Source: a virus
Taxonomy: Duplodnaviria; Caudoviricetes
Virus record (IMG/VR): IMGVR_UViG_3300033066_000778
Location: 1-64,000 of that record
Length of the DNA: 64,000 nt
Direction: 5' to 3' (one strand)
Below are positions 36,744 through 47,064 of the stretch, piece by piece. The translations under genes were made by a program, and so were the position numbers. Each line of letters opens with the position of its first letter. The first letter of the stretch is position 1. The notes under the pieces were generated by a model. That model saw only the letters and a list, made by a program, of their open reading frames with translations, did not search any database and was not told the DNA's origin.

Positions 36744-39266
36744 TTAGAGGATTTCAAATGGCGTTGTTACTGTTATTCCAGCAATTGCTACGGTTATAAC
36801 ACTAGCACCAACAGTTGTTGTTATCTCGGTTCCTGCAAAGTATTCTGATGTCGTAGTGGCACCTTCGGAAATCGTATTGGCCCTTAGAGAGATTTCGTCA
36901 GCCATAGCTGATAGATTGATGCTACTAGAAGTACTAGTCATATGAATATGGTTTTCTACGGTAATATCCCAGTAGTCTCCAACATCCATTGTGGCATACT
37001 GTGTATAGACTTCTCTAAGACGTTTTGACTTCATTTCAATCATGTCGTCAGCAGAGATAAACATACTTCCGTACGTATCTACGAATGCAGAAGAAGCATT
37101 TCCGAGTGAAGAGCCATGAGACTTCGTAACTACTCTTGTATTGGACATATAAAGGCCAAACAAGAAGGAATCACCACGCATATAGACGTAAGGTGATTTT
37201 ATATATGCTAGTTTTGCTGTTGCAGAACCAAGGGTAGTGTTTCCAGTTACTGAAATGTAATCAAAGTCTGCAATAGCGTAGTTTTGGACTTGAAGCTCTC
37301 CATTAACTTTTACTACTGAGCCTTTTACCAAGCTTTTATTAGCTGTTAAAGACTGTAGGCCACAGTAAGAAAGGTCAGTAATTGAAAGATCTTTTAGCTC
37401 TGTCGTTCCAACATCAGAGTCAGTAAGGAATGACGTTGAGCCTTTACTGGTGAAAACTTCAGATGTAATGAACTTTCCATTTAGTACACAACGAGTTATA
37501 TCAATTTCATTTACAGAGGTAATACCTTTTAGTTCAATATCATAGTTTCTGCCTAATAGTTTCGTATTAAGTGTGATAGGCCCTGTACAAGAGAAAAGAA
37601 AACTTCCCGTACTCTTGGTACTATAGAGTTCAATCTTTTCTCCAGTGATCTTTGCGTTAGTTCCTGCTCCGTTATTATCAATGATCAGGTCTGACTCATT
37701 GAGGTAAATACCCTTTTGACTTAAAATGTTCTGTGATGTCTTTACCTTGATTTTATTCCCTACTTTATTACACCTGATCGCGTATTCCTTACCTTCTAAA
37801 GTAGTGCAGTTTACAAGATTAACAACTGCGTTTGTGTCAATATCAATCCCGTTTCCTTGACTGTTAGTGGCTTTTGCACTTACAAGGTTTTTTACGGTTA
37901 ACTTTGAGAATGACCCAACTTTAAAAGCATGGGCACCTTCAATTTCTCTACTGTTAGTAATAAGAGCAAAGGAGTTATTCCCGACATAAATAGCTGCGTC
38001 GTCTGTAGTTCCACTATTTTCCATCTTGATATTGGAAACATATAGAACCTGGAGTCTAGCACCATTATTTGTTTTTACTGTTGTTTTATCTTTACTTGTG
38101 ATGTTAGTGATGTTAAGTAAGGTACAGATACTCTGGTCAAGTAAAATAGCTTCTTTTGACGAGCTACTTGTTTTCATGTCTTTTATGCTGTAAAAGTACA
38201 ACTTTGAGTTCTTCGTAGCGGATATTACAGAATCTGTATCATTGGTGATATTATCGAAAACCTTAGCAAAGATAGAAGAACTTTCAGCGTTAAAGGTTTC
38301 TTTAGCCTTAGTCTTTATCTTTGCTTGAGCTGACGCACCAATCATATCAAGATTTGATGAAACTAGTTTAAACGTTCCTTCTTGACTTTCAATTTCCTTA
38401 ATAGAAGTTAAAGAAACCTTAGACTTGTCTGCGGTAAAAAGTGTTCCACCTGTTACCGTGTTTTTATATGTTTCACCGTTAATGTAGATATCTGACGACG
38501 TAGCATCTACGAGTGTTTTATTCGCCTGAAGTGTCAAAGCTTTGTTTATTTTGATAACAGAATCTTTTGCCTTAATCAACGTTCCGACTGACTTGAAGTT
38601 CTGGACATTGAACGTTTCGAGCTTACTAGCTGAATTGATATCAAATAATGAGGTATCAGCTTTTTCGCCTTCTATCTTTGTAAAGTCCCATACCTCAGCA
38701 GTAGAATTCTTACTGAGGTAAACGAACGTAGCGTAGTTTTGAATCTTTATCGGATTAACAATAGAGATGAAACTGTTATTCTGACCCTTTACGGTGAACT
38801 CTTCCCATTTCCCCCACGTATCCTTAATGCTTTCTACACGGCTTTTAAGAACAAAAAGCCCTATCTTATTAAAAGAACCTGAAACAGAAGTCCAGTCAGA
38901 ATCTTTACTCTTTAGAAGAGATTTATTTTGAACGAATATTGACTGCTTAATCTTACACTTAATAAACTCAACCTTTGAGGAGTTGAACGTCACTTTAGAA
39001 GAAAACGTACACTCCTCAAAGATACAAGCTGAGTTTCTTAGGTTGAAGTTTGTAAAGTCCTTTTTGAAATCGCATTTGTAGAAGTAAAGGTTATTACTGT
39101 TTGTCTTAAGCGACTCAAAATTACATGAGTAAAACTGAACGTTTATATAGTCAGGAAGGGTGCAAGTTCCCTCGCACCCGTTTATCCTAATGGTAGCACT
39201 ACTGTTTGGTGGTGCCAAAAAGTAGTCTACTTGATCCTGAATTGACTTTTTTTGTTCAGTTGCCAT
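36744..39266 (-). CDS. Parallel beta-helix protein (spike/depolymerase-like)
   Basis: Long regular S/N/K/I beta-coil repeats; C-terminal short repeats resembling a gp5 needle. Confidence 0.6.
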   Translation of the reverse strand: MATEQKKSIQDQVDYFLAPPNSSATIRINGCEGTCTLPDYINVQFYSCNFESLKTNSNNLYFYKCDFKKDFTNFNLRNSACIFEECTFSSKVTFNSSKVEFIKCKIKQSIFVQNKSLLKSKDSDWTSVSGSFNKIGLFVLKSRVESIKDTWGKWEEFTVKGQNNSFISIVNPIKIQNYATFVYLSKNSTAEVWDFTKIEGEKADTSLFDINSASKLETFNVQNFKSVGTLIKAKDSVIKINKALTLQANKTLVDATSSDIYINGETYKNTVTGGTLFTADKSKVSLTSIKEIESQEGTFKLVSSNLDMIGASAQAKIKTKAKETFNAESSSIFAKVFDNITNDTDSVISATKNSKLYFYSIKDMKTSSSSKEAILLDQSICTLLNITNITSKDKTTVKTNNGARLQVLYVSNIKMENSGTTDDAAIYVGNNSFALITNSREIEGAHAFKVGSFSKLTVKNLVSAKATNSQGNGIDIDTNAVVNLVNCTTLEGKEYAIRCNKVGNKIKVKTSQNILSQKGIYLNESDLIIDNNGAGTNAKITGEKIELYSTKSTGSFLFSCTGPITLNTKLLGRNYDIELKGITSVNEIDITRCVLNGKFITSEVFTSKGSTSFLTDSDVGTTELKDLSITDLSYCGLQSLTANKSLVKGSVVKVNGELQVQNYAIADFDYISVTGNTTLGSATAKLAYIKSPYVYMRGDSFLFGLYMSNTRVVTKSHGSSLGNASSAFVDTYGSMFISADDMIEMKSKRLREVYTQYATMDVGDYWDITVENHIHMTSTSSSINLSAMADEISLRANTISEGATTTSEYFAGTEITTTVGASVITVAIAGITVTTPFEIL

Positions 39267-42200
39267 TATTCTTCAACTAGAATGATATTTTCTGGTGGTA
39301 CTTCTACGCTTCCGATAAATACTCGTGGTTTACTAGCTCCTCTAGAGAAGAAGTAGCGGCCAAGGACATAAACAGTGTTTCCACCCGAAGATGGTCCCGA
39401 GGCAGGTACGATTCCCGTAATTACAGGAGCAGCCCTGTAGGTGTACCCATTATCACCAGCGGATAATGTTCCGATTCCAGAAGAGTTTTGTACGTAGAGA
39501 TTAACGTCAACTCGACCAACGTTGTCATGCGGTAAACTCCATGTTGGCGTCGTAGCATAGATCCTTTGTGGATTAGACTGTAGATCAACCGATGTGATCG
39601 TAGCGTTGAATGAAGATCCGAAGTCTAAACCAAACTTGAATACAACGTCACTTGTGAAATTCGTACCATAAAGAACAACCGCCTGACCACCGGAGAAAGG
39701 ACCGTCTTGTTTGTCAATACTTATGATCGTTGGTACACTTTGAATCGTGTACTCATAAGTTGAAATTGACGTTGCCTGTCCACCATCAGTATTTACAACT
39801 CTTAGGTAAACAACAAGGTCAAGAGGGTTAATCTGCGATGAGGCAGCGGGTGTTACGCAAGTAATCGTCGTTCCATTGTTTAGTAATTGGATATTACGTG
39901 CTACGTTGTTACCAAAGTAAACTGTAACTCCACTGGCGAAACCAGTTCCATTGATTGTTACAGGTGTTCCACCGTCAACTGGTCCTGTTGCAGGAGAGAA
40001 TGACGTGATTGAAACAGCACTCTGCTGCGTGTTAAGGATTAAGGTAAACGTCGTGGTAGCGGATAGTGGAGTACCACCCGTACTGTCTTGTACTCTTACT
40101 GTAAACGTGTAGTTACCAGGAGTGTTATTCGAAGCAGCCGTACCGCTTAATACACCACTTGAGGAAAGTGTGATGCCCGCAGGAAGCTGCCCTGATGTTA
40201 CAGACCAAGAGTAAGGGAGAACCCCTCCCGTCGCCTGTAATGTCATGCTGTAAGGAGAACCAATCGTTGCTTGGAACAACGAAGAAGTTACGATAGAGAT
40301 TGAAGCTCCACCTGTTACGCTGATCGTAAGGGCTTTACTTGCATTCTGAGCAGGAACGGCGCTGTCTTGTACACTAAAAACGAGATCTTTTGTAAGCGCG
40401 GTTACGAGTGGAGTACCTGTGATCGCTCCCGTTGAGGAATTTAGGCTTAGTCCATCTGGTAAAGCGGGATTAACCGTCCAATTTACGTAAGGAGAAACAC
40501 CACCTTCGGCAGCAAGTGAGGTACTATAAGCACTTCCGATTACTGCGTTTGGTAATGAGCCTGTTGAAATTGAAACGGATGTTGGTACGATTGCGATGTT
40601 CGCACCAGACGTTGTTACTGCTCCAGAAAGGTAGTCTTTAACGTTTACCGTGTTTGTAGCATAGATATCATCGACGCCAAGCCATACTGATGGTATTGTG
40701 GCACTTAGGACACCGGAATTATACGTTGTTACAAGTTCGATTCTATCCCCAACATTACCTTTAGGGTCGTAAAGAACCTTACAAGAGTTATTGAAGTTCG
40801 TTCCTGTGACTTGAATTACCTTGTCTATTGGAGAACCGATCGCTTGGATAGAATTCGGAGAAACAGTTCCTACAGAAAGTACTGGTGTAGCAGACCAAGT
40901 AAAAGCACCAGCAAGGATAGCAAGTATTGTTGCGTCAGCTGTGATAGCTTCAATATCGCAGAGTCCAGCTGCTCCTCCCCATGGAACACCACCGGCATTA
41001 AGTGTGATCTCAATTACAGTTCCTGTGTTAGAAGTAGGAACGTAGTTCTGGTAAACACCTGTACCTTGTAAACGAATACGAATGAAATCTACGGCAGCAA
41101 GGTTAGTTCCTGTTACCGTTACACCTGTTAACTCTGGCCCCGTGATAGAATAAGTACTTGGCGTTATACTATCGACCGTAGTAATACCACCACCACCGCC
41201 CGATGGGTCACCGACTACTTTAACAACCTTTGAAGTTATCGCGTTGTTGTTTCGAACAGCCTTGATAATAATTGTTTTTGTAATACTCTGTGTTATTTCA
41301 CCAGTTACTCTAAGAACACAGTTACCATTTACATTTTCGATTGTTAGCCAAGGAAAATCAGTAGAGATATTGTAGTAAGAACTATATACAAACGTTCCTG
41401 AACCACCAGTTGGAGTTAAAGTATACGTATCCCCAACAGCTGATGCATTGAAGGTACATGTACCTTCTTGGCAGTTCAGATTAAAGTTAGCATCAGATCT
41501 TGGTAATGTTAGGAACCATGTATTTGCATACCCGGCTGTGATAACCTCGCCTGATACTACGTTTGTTTCATAAGCGTTGTATTCGATTGCACAGTTACCA
41601 GGAACACTTGAAAGTGTTGAGGCTGGGAGAGTATAGACGTTACTGAGCCCTGTTCCACTCTGTAGAGAACCAACAGGAGGTAGCGCAAATCCAGGTGCCT
41701 TTGAAAGTTTCCAATCACCTTTTATTGCTGCGAGTGTCTTTGAATCCCAATCTGTAGGAACGCCACGAACCGTAAAGCTCTGACCTTCAAACATGTAAAC
41801 GTATGGGTTTACGATTTGGTAGCTTGCACCTGAGTACGTTACATAGTTTGATGGCCCAGCTTCGTCGTAGTATTTTACAGTAAACTGTTTTGACGTACCG
41901 AATGATGTTGTATCCGAACTAGTACTAACTTGAAAAGTAAGAGTAAATGGATATACAGCACTGTACGTTGTGATGAAGTCTAATGGGATAATGTAAAGTC
42001 GATAGAACGTGTCCTGTGAAAATGGTCCATAGATATGGTAGTAGTCACCTGATGCAGGAGGTTCTTCAAAGTCAGAACCTATAGACGGAATGTTTGTGTC
42101 AAATCCAGTAAGGAACCAAACGGAGTTTGGAGTAGCATCACTGGCTTGATGCTTAACCTTAGTTTTAATGTAGTATGTTCCACCAGCAGTTGTTTTAAAG

Positions 42201-44392
42201 TCAATGCTATTTGACCCTGCTCCTGCTGTAGCAAACTGAGTATTTTGAAGCGTAATAGCACTATTACCGGGACCACCAGAACCACCACTGACGTTTATAA
42301 CTAAATTGAAGCTCCTTCTAAGAACCTCAACTCCTGTCATAGGGTATTGTTGTATAGCTTCTACGATTACTGTATACGCTCCGCTAGCTGTAGGCGTTCC
42401 GGAAATGAGTAGTTTTGGCCTATATTTTTCGCCAGATAGCGCACTCTTTGAGAAACTTAAGCCAGGAATCGACCCTGTTACGACATATTGTATTTTAGTG
42501 TCGTTCCATGCTGTTCCGGGTTCCCCGTTTCCACCAACATCAGGAAGGTCAAATGCTACTTTATAAGGACCATATGCCTGATCCTTCGTAGCAGCATTCA
42601 TAGTGATCGTCTTTGTTATATCACTATAGCTAGAAACCCCTGTGCTATTTGCAGCATTATAGAGGATTTCAGGTGTGATATTAAGATATATCTCAGCTAA
42701 CTTTACATAAACAATGTCATCATCTGTTCCACGGAGTTCAATTATTTTATTAGTCGCTGGCGTTTGGTTCGGGTAGCTATACGCTTTAGTTGATAAATCG
42801 TTTTTTAAAGCTTTAAGCGTTATTTTCTTACCAATAGTATCATGACTAGTAATTACAAAGGATAAACCAAGGTCTAAAGACTTACCAACATAGTAAGGAA
42901 AACTTACACTACTAAGGTCAACCAAATATCCAGAACCAATATTAGTATAGAAGCTAACACCATAGAAATTAAGCTTATACTTTACAAAAGAGACGGGTTC
43001 CGCAGAGTAATCAAATACTAACTCATATGCAGTATTCACTTGTGTATACTGATTGTAAAATACATCAAATGTATTGCCGTCTGGGATTAATGGTGTTCCA
43101 TTAAATGTGGCAACTATATTGGTAGGTGAAGCCGTTCCAGTAGCCTCAATTGTTACAGGCGTAAGTGAGGAGTAAATCGTTCCACCAGAACCAAGTGTCG
43201 AGGCTGCGCGAATCGAGAATGAAGATATAGCAGCATTATCTGGAGTACCAGAAAAGTTTAGTGTAGCACCACTTCTAGTAATCGTTAGCCAAGAAGGAGC
43301 TATACCAACAACTTCAAATCCGAATGAAGAGTTTCCGTCTCCACCAGCGATGGTCAGTGAACCACTATATGGCGTTCCTACCGTCGCCGTTGATGGAACT
43401 GTTCCCCTTACTACTACATTTGGTGTGATCTGGAACGTAAGAGCAAGTGATCCAGCGACTGATCCACCGGATAATGCTCCGAGAGATGGACCAGTAAACG
43501 TACCATAAACAGTTGGCGTTCCAGTAATAACGCTTTGGTTTCCAACTTGAGTAAATACTAAACCAGTAGGTAGCGTACCTGTTAAGTTCCATGAGTATGA
43601 ACCAGAACCACCAGACGCTCCATAAACAATTTGTGCTGCTTCTTCTTGTAAAAGTGTGATTGGATTCTGTGACGTTTTTGAAATCGTCAAAGTTCCAGCA
43701 GACGCATTGTTGATGGTTAAGCTATATAGTGGTGTTACTGTTACTTGCTTTGAAACAGAGTCAGCAATCGTAATCTGAATGTTGGAATAAACACCAGATA
43801 ACGTTGGAGTACCCGTAATATAGAATGTATCGCCAGTTAACGACAAAACGTTCGTTGGCGTTGCTTGAACGACGGCTGTCCTTGATAGTCCGAGGCCAGG
43901 AGGAAGTCCTTGAGCCGTAAGTCTATAAGCACCAGAACCATTTGTGATGGAGAACGGTGCTGAGATATAACTGTTTTGTGTTAAACCAGTCGTGATTTCA
44001 AAGCTGTTATCCGGTGTTAGCATCAGTGAGTTGCCGCCGACGACGACAGTAACAACAGCAAAGTTATCAAACGTAACCAGACCGGAGATATATCTGGCTC
44101 GTACGTAGATACTGTAAGTACCCGCTAACGTTGGAGTACCAGAAATCGTTACTCCATTTAGCGGACCTACAGGTGCTGGGTAAGTTCCAGCATTGACGAC
44201 TACGCCAGGGAAGACTGTTGCCCCCGCAGGGAGAACAGACGAACTCCCCGGAGCAGCAACAAGGGCAATATCTACCGCGTACCCCGAGTTGTCATCACTG
44301 TAAAAATAGTCAAAGACTTGACTAAATGCCAAGCCTGTATTCGTGTAAATTACAAAATTTGGGTCGGGAGTAAGTACGCTTGTAACAGCCAT
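39266..44392 (-). CDS. 1708-aa Ig-like/IPT-TIG repeat fibre or adhesin
   Basis: He_PIG repeats (ISGTPT..G.Y) and IPT domains (SP..GP..GG..VTI.GT.F); ends in half an IPT domain. Confidence 0.8.
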   Translation of the reverse strand: MAVTSVLTPDPNFVIYTNTGLAFSQVFDYFYSDDNSGYAVDIALVAAPGSSSVLPAGATVFPGVVVNAGTYPAPVGPLNGVTISGTPTLAGTYSIYVRARYISGLVTFDNFAVVTVVVGGNSLMLTPDNSFEITTGLTQNSYISAPFSITNGSGAYRLTAQGLPPGLGLSRTAVVQATPTNVLSLTGDTFYITGTPTLSGVYSNIQITIADSVSKQVTVTPLYSLTINNASAGTLTISKTSQNPITLLQEEAAQIVYGASGGSGSYSWNLTGTLPTGLVFTQVGNQSVITGTPTVYGTFTGPSLGALSGGSVAGSLALTFQITPNVVVRGTVPSTATVGTPYSGSLTIAGGDGNSSFGFEVVGIAPSWLTITRSGATLNFSGTPDNAAISSFSIRAASTLGSGGTIYSSLTPVTIEATGTASPTNIVATFNGTPLIPDGNTFDVFYNQYTQVNTAYELVFDYSAEPVSFVKYKLNFYGVSFYTNIGSGYLVDLSSVSFPYYVGKSLDLGLSFVITSHDTIGKKITLKALKNDLSTKAYSYPNQTPATNKIIELRGTDDDIVYVKLAEIYLNITPEILYNAANSTGVSSYSDITKTITMNAATKDQAYGPYKVAFDLPDVGGNGEPGTAWNDTKIQYVVTGSIPGLSFSKSALSGEKYRPKLLISGTPTASGAYTVIVEAIQQYPMTGVEVLRRSFNLVINVSGGSGGPGNSAITLQNTQFATAGAGSNSIDFKTTAGGTYYIKTKVKHQASDATPNSVWFLTGFDTNIPSIGSDFEEPPASGDYYHIYGPFSQDTFYRLYIIPLDFITTYSAVYPFTLTFQVSTSSDTTSFGTSKQFTVKYYDEAGPSNYVTYSGASYQIVNPYVYMFEGQSFTVRGVPTDWDSKTLAAIKGDWKLSKAPGFALPPVGSLQSGTGLSNVYTLPASTLSSVPGNCAIEYNAYETNVVSGEVITAGYANTWFLTLPRSDANFNLNCQEGTCTFNASAVGDTYTLTPTGGSGTFVYSSYYNISTDFPWLTIENVNGNCVLRVTGEITQSITKTIIIKAVRNNNAITSKVVKVVGDPSGGGGGITTVDSITPSTYSITGPELTGVTVTGTNLAAVDFIRIRLQGTGVYQNYVPTSNTGTVIEITLNAGGVPWGGAAGLCDIEAITADATILAILAGAFTWSATPVLSVGTVSPNSIQAIGSPIDKVIQVTGTNFNNSCKVLYDPKGNVGDRIELVTTYNSGVLSATIPSVWLGVDDIYATNTVNVKDYLSGAVTTSGANIAIVPTSVSISTGSLPNAVIGSAYSTSLAAEGGVSPYVNWTVNPALPDGLSLNSSTGAITGTPLVTALTKDLVFSVQDSAVPAQNASKALTISVTGGASISIVTSSLFQATIGSPYSMTLQATGGVLPYSWSVTSGQLPAGITLSSSGVLSGTAASNNTPGNYTFTVRVQDSTGGTPLSATTTFTLILNTQQSAVSITSFSPATGPVDGGTPVTINGTGFASGVTVYFGNNVARNIQLLNNGTTITCVTPAASSQINPLDLVVYLRVVNTDGGQATSISTYEYTIQSVPTIISIDKQDGPFSGGQAVVLYGTNFTSDVVFKFGLDFGSSFNATITSVDLQSNPQRIYATTPTWSLPHDNVGRVDVNLYVQNSSGIGTLSAGDNGYTYRAAPVITGIVPASGPSSGGNTVYVLGRYFFSRGASKPRVFIGSVEVPPENIILVEE

Positions 44393-45556
44393 TTAGAACT
44401 CCGATGAGAACGTTTTATTGAATTGTGATATTGGGAACTTACCGTTTTCTTCCGTTGAGATAACTTCTCCGGAAAAAATACCGTTTTCAGAACAGATTAA
44501 TGTCTTGTTTATGTTCAAGTTACCTGAGACGGAAACGTCACCGTTTAATATAATGTTTTCTGCATTGATTTTCAATAGCGAGGTAGCTTCGATATTTACC
44601 GTACCTGTATTGCCATCAATGAGAAGTTTTGATTTGATCTTTCCGTTTTCAATAACTTCGATCGAGAATAGGCTATTACCGGATGACATGTCAAGAATTA
44701 CGGTAGCTTTACCTAAATTCTCCTTGTTTCCAGCAACGACTTCTCGGCTATCAGAATCATAATCACCTTGTTTAGAAATGATTTTGATTCCGTTTGAATT
44801 CTTCTTTGTCTTTAGTGTTATACTCTGTCCACCAATATCGACAATTGATACTTCGGCCCCATCGGTAATAGTAGACTCAATTGGAAGAGGATCACCATCC
44901 TTGGCAGTTCTTAGTCCTCTTTGTGCGTAGTTAAATGTATTCGTTGGATATGTATCTCCGCTGGAACCCTCGCGTATTGGAGAGTCCATGAAAATACCTT
45001 GTCCACTTCGGTCAATGATGTTAAAGTGTTCTACTTCATCCCGTTCTTCAACATCTAGTGTAGTTCCTTTCATGGACTTAAAAGGAACCATTCGTTCTGG
45101 TCTGTAGTTTACTTGTTGTAGGAATTCATCCGGTCCTTCTGTCCCTGGAGGCGATGGGGCAGGCTTATCCGGTGAAGGCGACATACTAATAGGGCCTTCG
45201 GGAAGTTTCTTTGATGAATCTCTCAGTAACGGAGAGTATTCAGATGGTACGCTATCAACAGTACCAATTACTAAGGGCCATTCTCTGTTACCTGCTTCAA
45301 AGATAACAATTACTTTTGATCCAACGGGAGGAACTACCCTTGAACCGAAACCGTGACCACCACCGAAAGACTGTACTACTTGAGCCCATGGAAGTTGATC
45401 TGTTGCAACTTCTTTTACATAACCCCATAAGGCTGGGATACGAACTCTGACTCTTCCAAGCTGCATTGGATCATTGATGTATTCTACATAGCCAATGTAG
45501 AAACCATTCCAATTACCAGGATCGTCTATTCTATCTTTGTATTGTGAAAAGCCCAT
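44393..45556 (-). CDS. Baseplate central spike (gp5/VgrG OB-fold)
   Basis: DPMQLGRVRVRIP..LPWA..PPVGSKV.V.F..G....P.VIG. Confidence 0.9.
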   Translation of the reverse strand: MGFSQYKDRIDDPGNWNGFYIGYVEYINDPMQLGRVRVRIPALWGYVKEVATDQLPWAQVVQSFGGGHGFGSRVVPPVGSKVIVIFEAGNREWPLVIGTVDSVPSEYSPLLRDSSKKLPEGPISMSPSPDKPAPSPPGTEGPDEFLQQVNYRPERMVPFKSMKGTTLDVEERDEVEHFNIIDRSGQGIFMDSPIREGSSGDTYPTNTFNYAQRGLRTAKDGDPLPIESTITDGAEVSIVDIGGQSITLKTKKNSNGIKIISKQGDYDSDSREVVAGNKENLGKATVILDMSSGNSLFSIEVIENGKIKSKLLIDGNTGTVNIEATSLLKINAENIILNGDVSVSGNLNINKTLICSENGIFSGEVISTEENGKFPISQFNKTFSSEF

Positions 45557-47064
45557 TATTGTTTACTCGGTATCGTTTTTAGTGGGTCGGTGTAAATTGC
45601 TTGCCGTGAAGCTGTAATCAGTCTGAGTTTAGTCGTATATCTTCCTGGTGTTATGTTGTGAGAGATCCCGATGATTCTAAAGTATCCGGAAATCCAGTGT
45701 ACAAGTTTTTGACTTTCTGAATTCTGCGTTGGCGAAAAGATTAAGACAGCCACTTTATCAAAGATCTTGAAAGCCTTTGGATTTCCTACTATCTCTACTT
45801 CAGCCTGTAATGCTCCCATTACCAGTTCCGTTTGCTTATTCGTTTCTGAGATAATCTGGAGCATCGTGTTAGATCCTGGTGTATAGGACGTTGTAAATTT
45901 CTTTCCAAACGTCTGTGTTGGGTCGTCCTTCATTTTTTCTTGTGTATTGACCTGACCGCCACCTGTTTGGTCCGTCATAATGGCTGTATCTGAGGCTTTC
46001 TTTACCTGACTTAATGTACTCTTGTTTAAGTCAATTACAGAAGAGAAAGAACCCGATCCGCCTGAGATATTCGCAACCGTTTGATTCCACAAAGGACTGA
46101 AGTTTATCAATGCCGAGTTCTTGTCACGGAACATTGTAAAGGCAGGGACTAATCCTGAATCATTCTTGTACTTATAGTACATTGTATGAAAGTGAAACTC
46201 AACGTCATTCGTATCTGGGTTCGTATGAATGTAGTACTGATAGTTTCCTTGGTTTCCTTCAGCACTTAAGGCATACTGAGCAAGAGTGTTTATAATGAAC
46301 TCTAGATCAGTTTGGCCTGCTTGTTGGAAAATCTTTTGTACGAGTTCGGGTCCAGAAATCCCGTCTCTCGCTAAAACAGGTGCAGTTGGCTCAATAAAGA
46401 TATTCTGATCCTTAATCTTTATGTCACCAGTAGCATTTATATCTTTAACTATTTCTTTTACGATATCACTAATTAGCTGATTCTTTTCTCCAAAACCCTT
46501 AAACTTTTTCTGTAGATTAAGCTCAAAACCCGAAGCTAGACCAAAAATATGGATAATGATACCAGATTGTTTAAACTCAAGGCTATAACCTGTCGTAAGA
46601 ATCTTGAACCAAGCAGACATGAGCTTATCGGGGTAACCAAATCTGAGAGCAAACAAACCTCTATTTTTTACTAGTTTTTGCTCAATGTCTCCCCAAGTCG
46701 GGTCGAACAGTGAGATCTTTATTTTTGCTACTTCGTTTGTTAAGAAGTCACCAGTAAATGACAGTAGGTTTTGAGGAAGAACTTCAAAATAGTCTGTGTT
46801 ACTGTCTCTTAGATCTACAGTAAGAGTGTCTCCAGCCGATGTGCTTTCTAAACTAAAGAACTTGAGTAAAACCCTGGGTACATACGGTTGGGTTACTGGG
46901 TAGTACGCTGGATTATCTATTGTTACTTCTTCAACGTCGCTGAAAGGTTTTGGAGCAGCAACAGATGCAAAAGTATCGTTAGGAAGATTAAATCCTTTAG
47001 ATGCTGGTGTTAATGCCGTAAAAGCAGAGGCTAACCCTGTTGTCAGTGCTGGGTATTCAGGCAT
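45556..47064 (-). CDS. Baseplate hub protein (gp27/gpD-like)
   Basis: QTDLEFI..LA; VGNP..SGYF.I..ISH.I..G.YTT.L.L. Confidence 0.75.
   Translation of the reverse strand: MPEYPALTTGLASAFTALTPASKGFNLPNDTFASVAAPKPFSDVEEVTIDNPAYYPVTQPYVPRVLLKFFSLESTSAGDTLTVDLRDSNTDYFEVLPQNLLSFTGDFLTNEVAKIKISLFDPTWGDIEQKLVKNRGLFALRFGYPDKLMSAWFKILTTGYSLEFKQSGIIIHIFGLASGFELNLQKKFKGFGEKNQLISDIVKEIVKDINATGDIKIKDQNIFIEPTAPVLARDGISGPELVQKIFQQAGQTDLEFIINTLAQYALSAEGNQGNYQYYIHTNPDTNDVEFHFHTMYYKYKNDSGLVPAFTMFRDKNSALINFSPLWNQTVANISGGSGSFSSVIDLNKSTLSQVKKASDTAIMTDQTGGGQVNTQEKMKDDPTQTFGKKFTTSYTPGSNTMLQIISETNKQTELVMGALQAEVEIVGNPKAFKIFDKVAVLIFSPTQNSESQKLVHWISGYFRIIGISHNITPGRYTTKLRLITASRQAIYTDPLKTIPSKQ

Noticed and set aside
42600-43100. 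Apparently AT-richer patch inside the 1708-aa fibre gene (possible swapped module)
   Set aside because: Impression by eye only; no boundaries or repeats were found and it cannot be quantified here.
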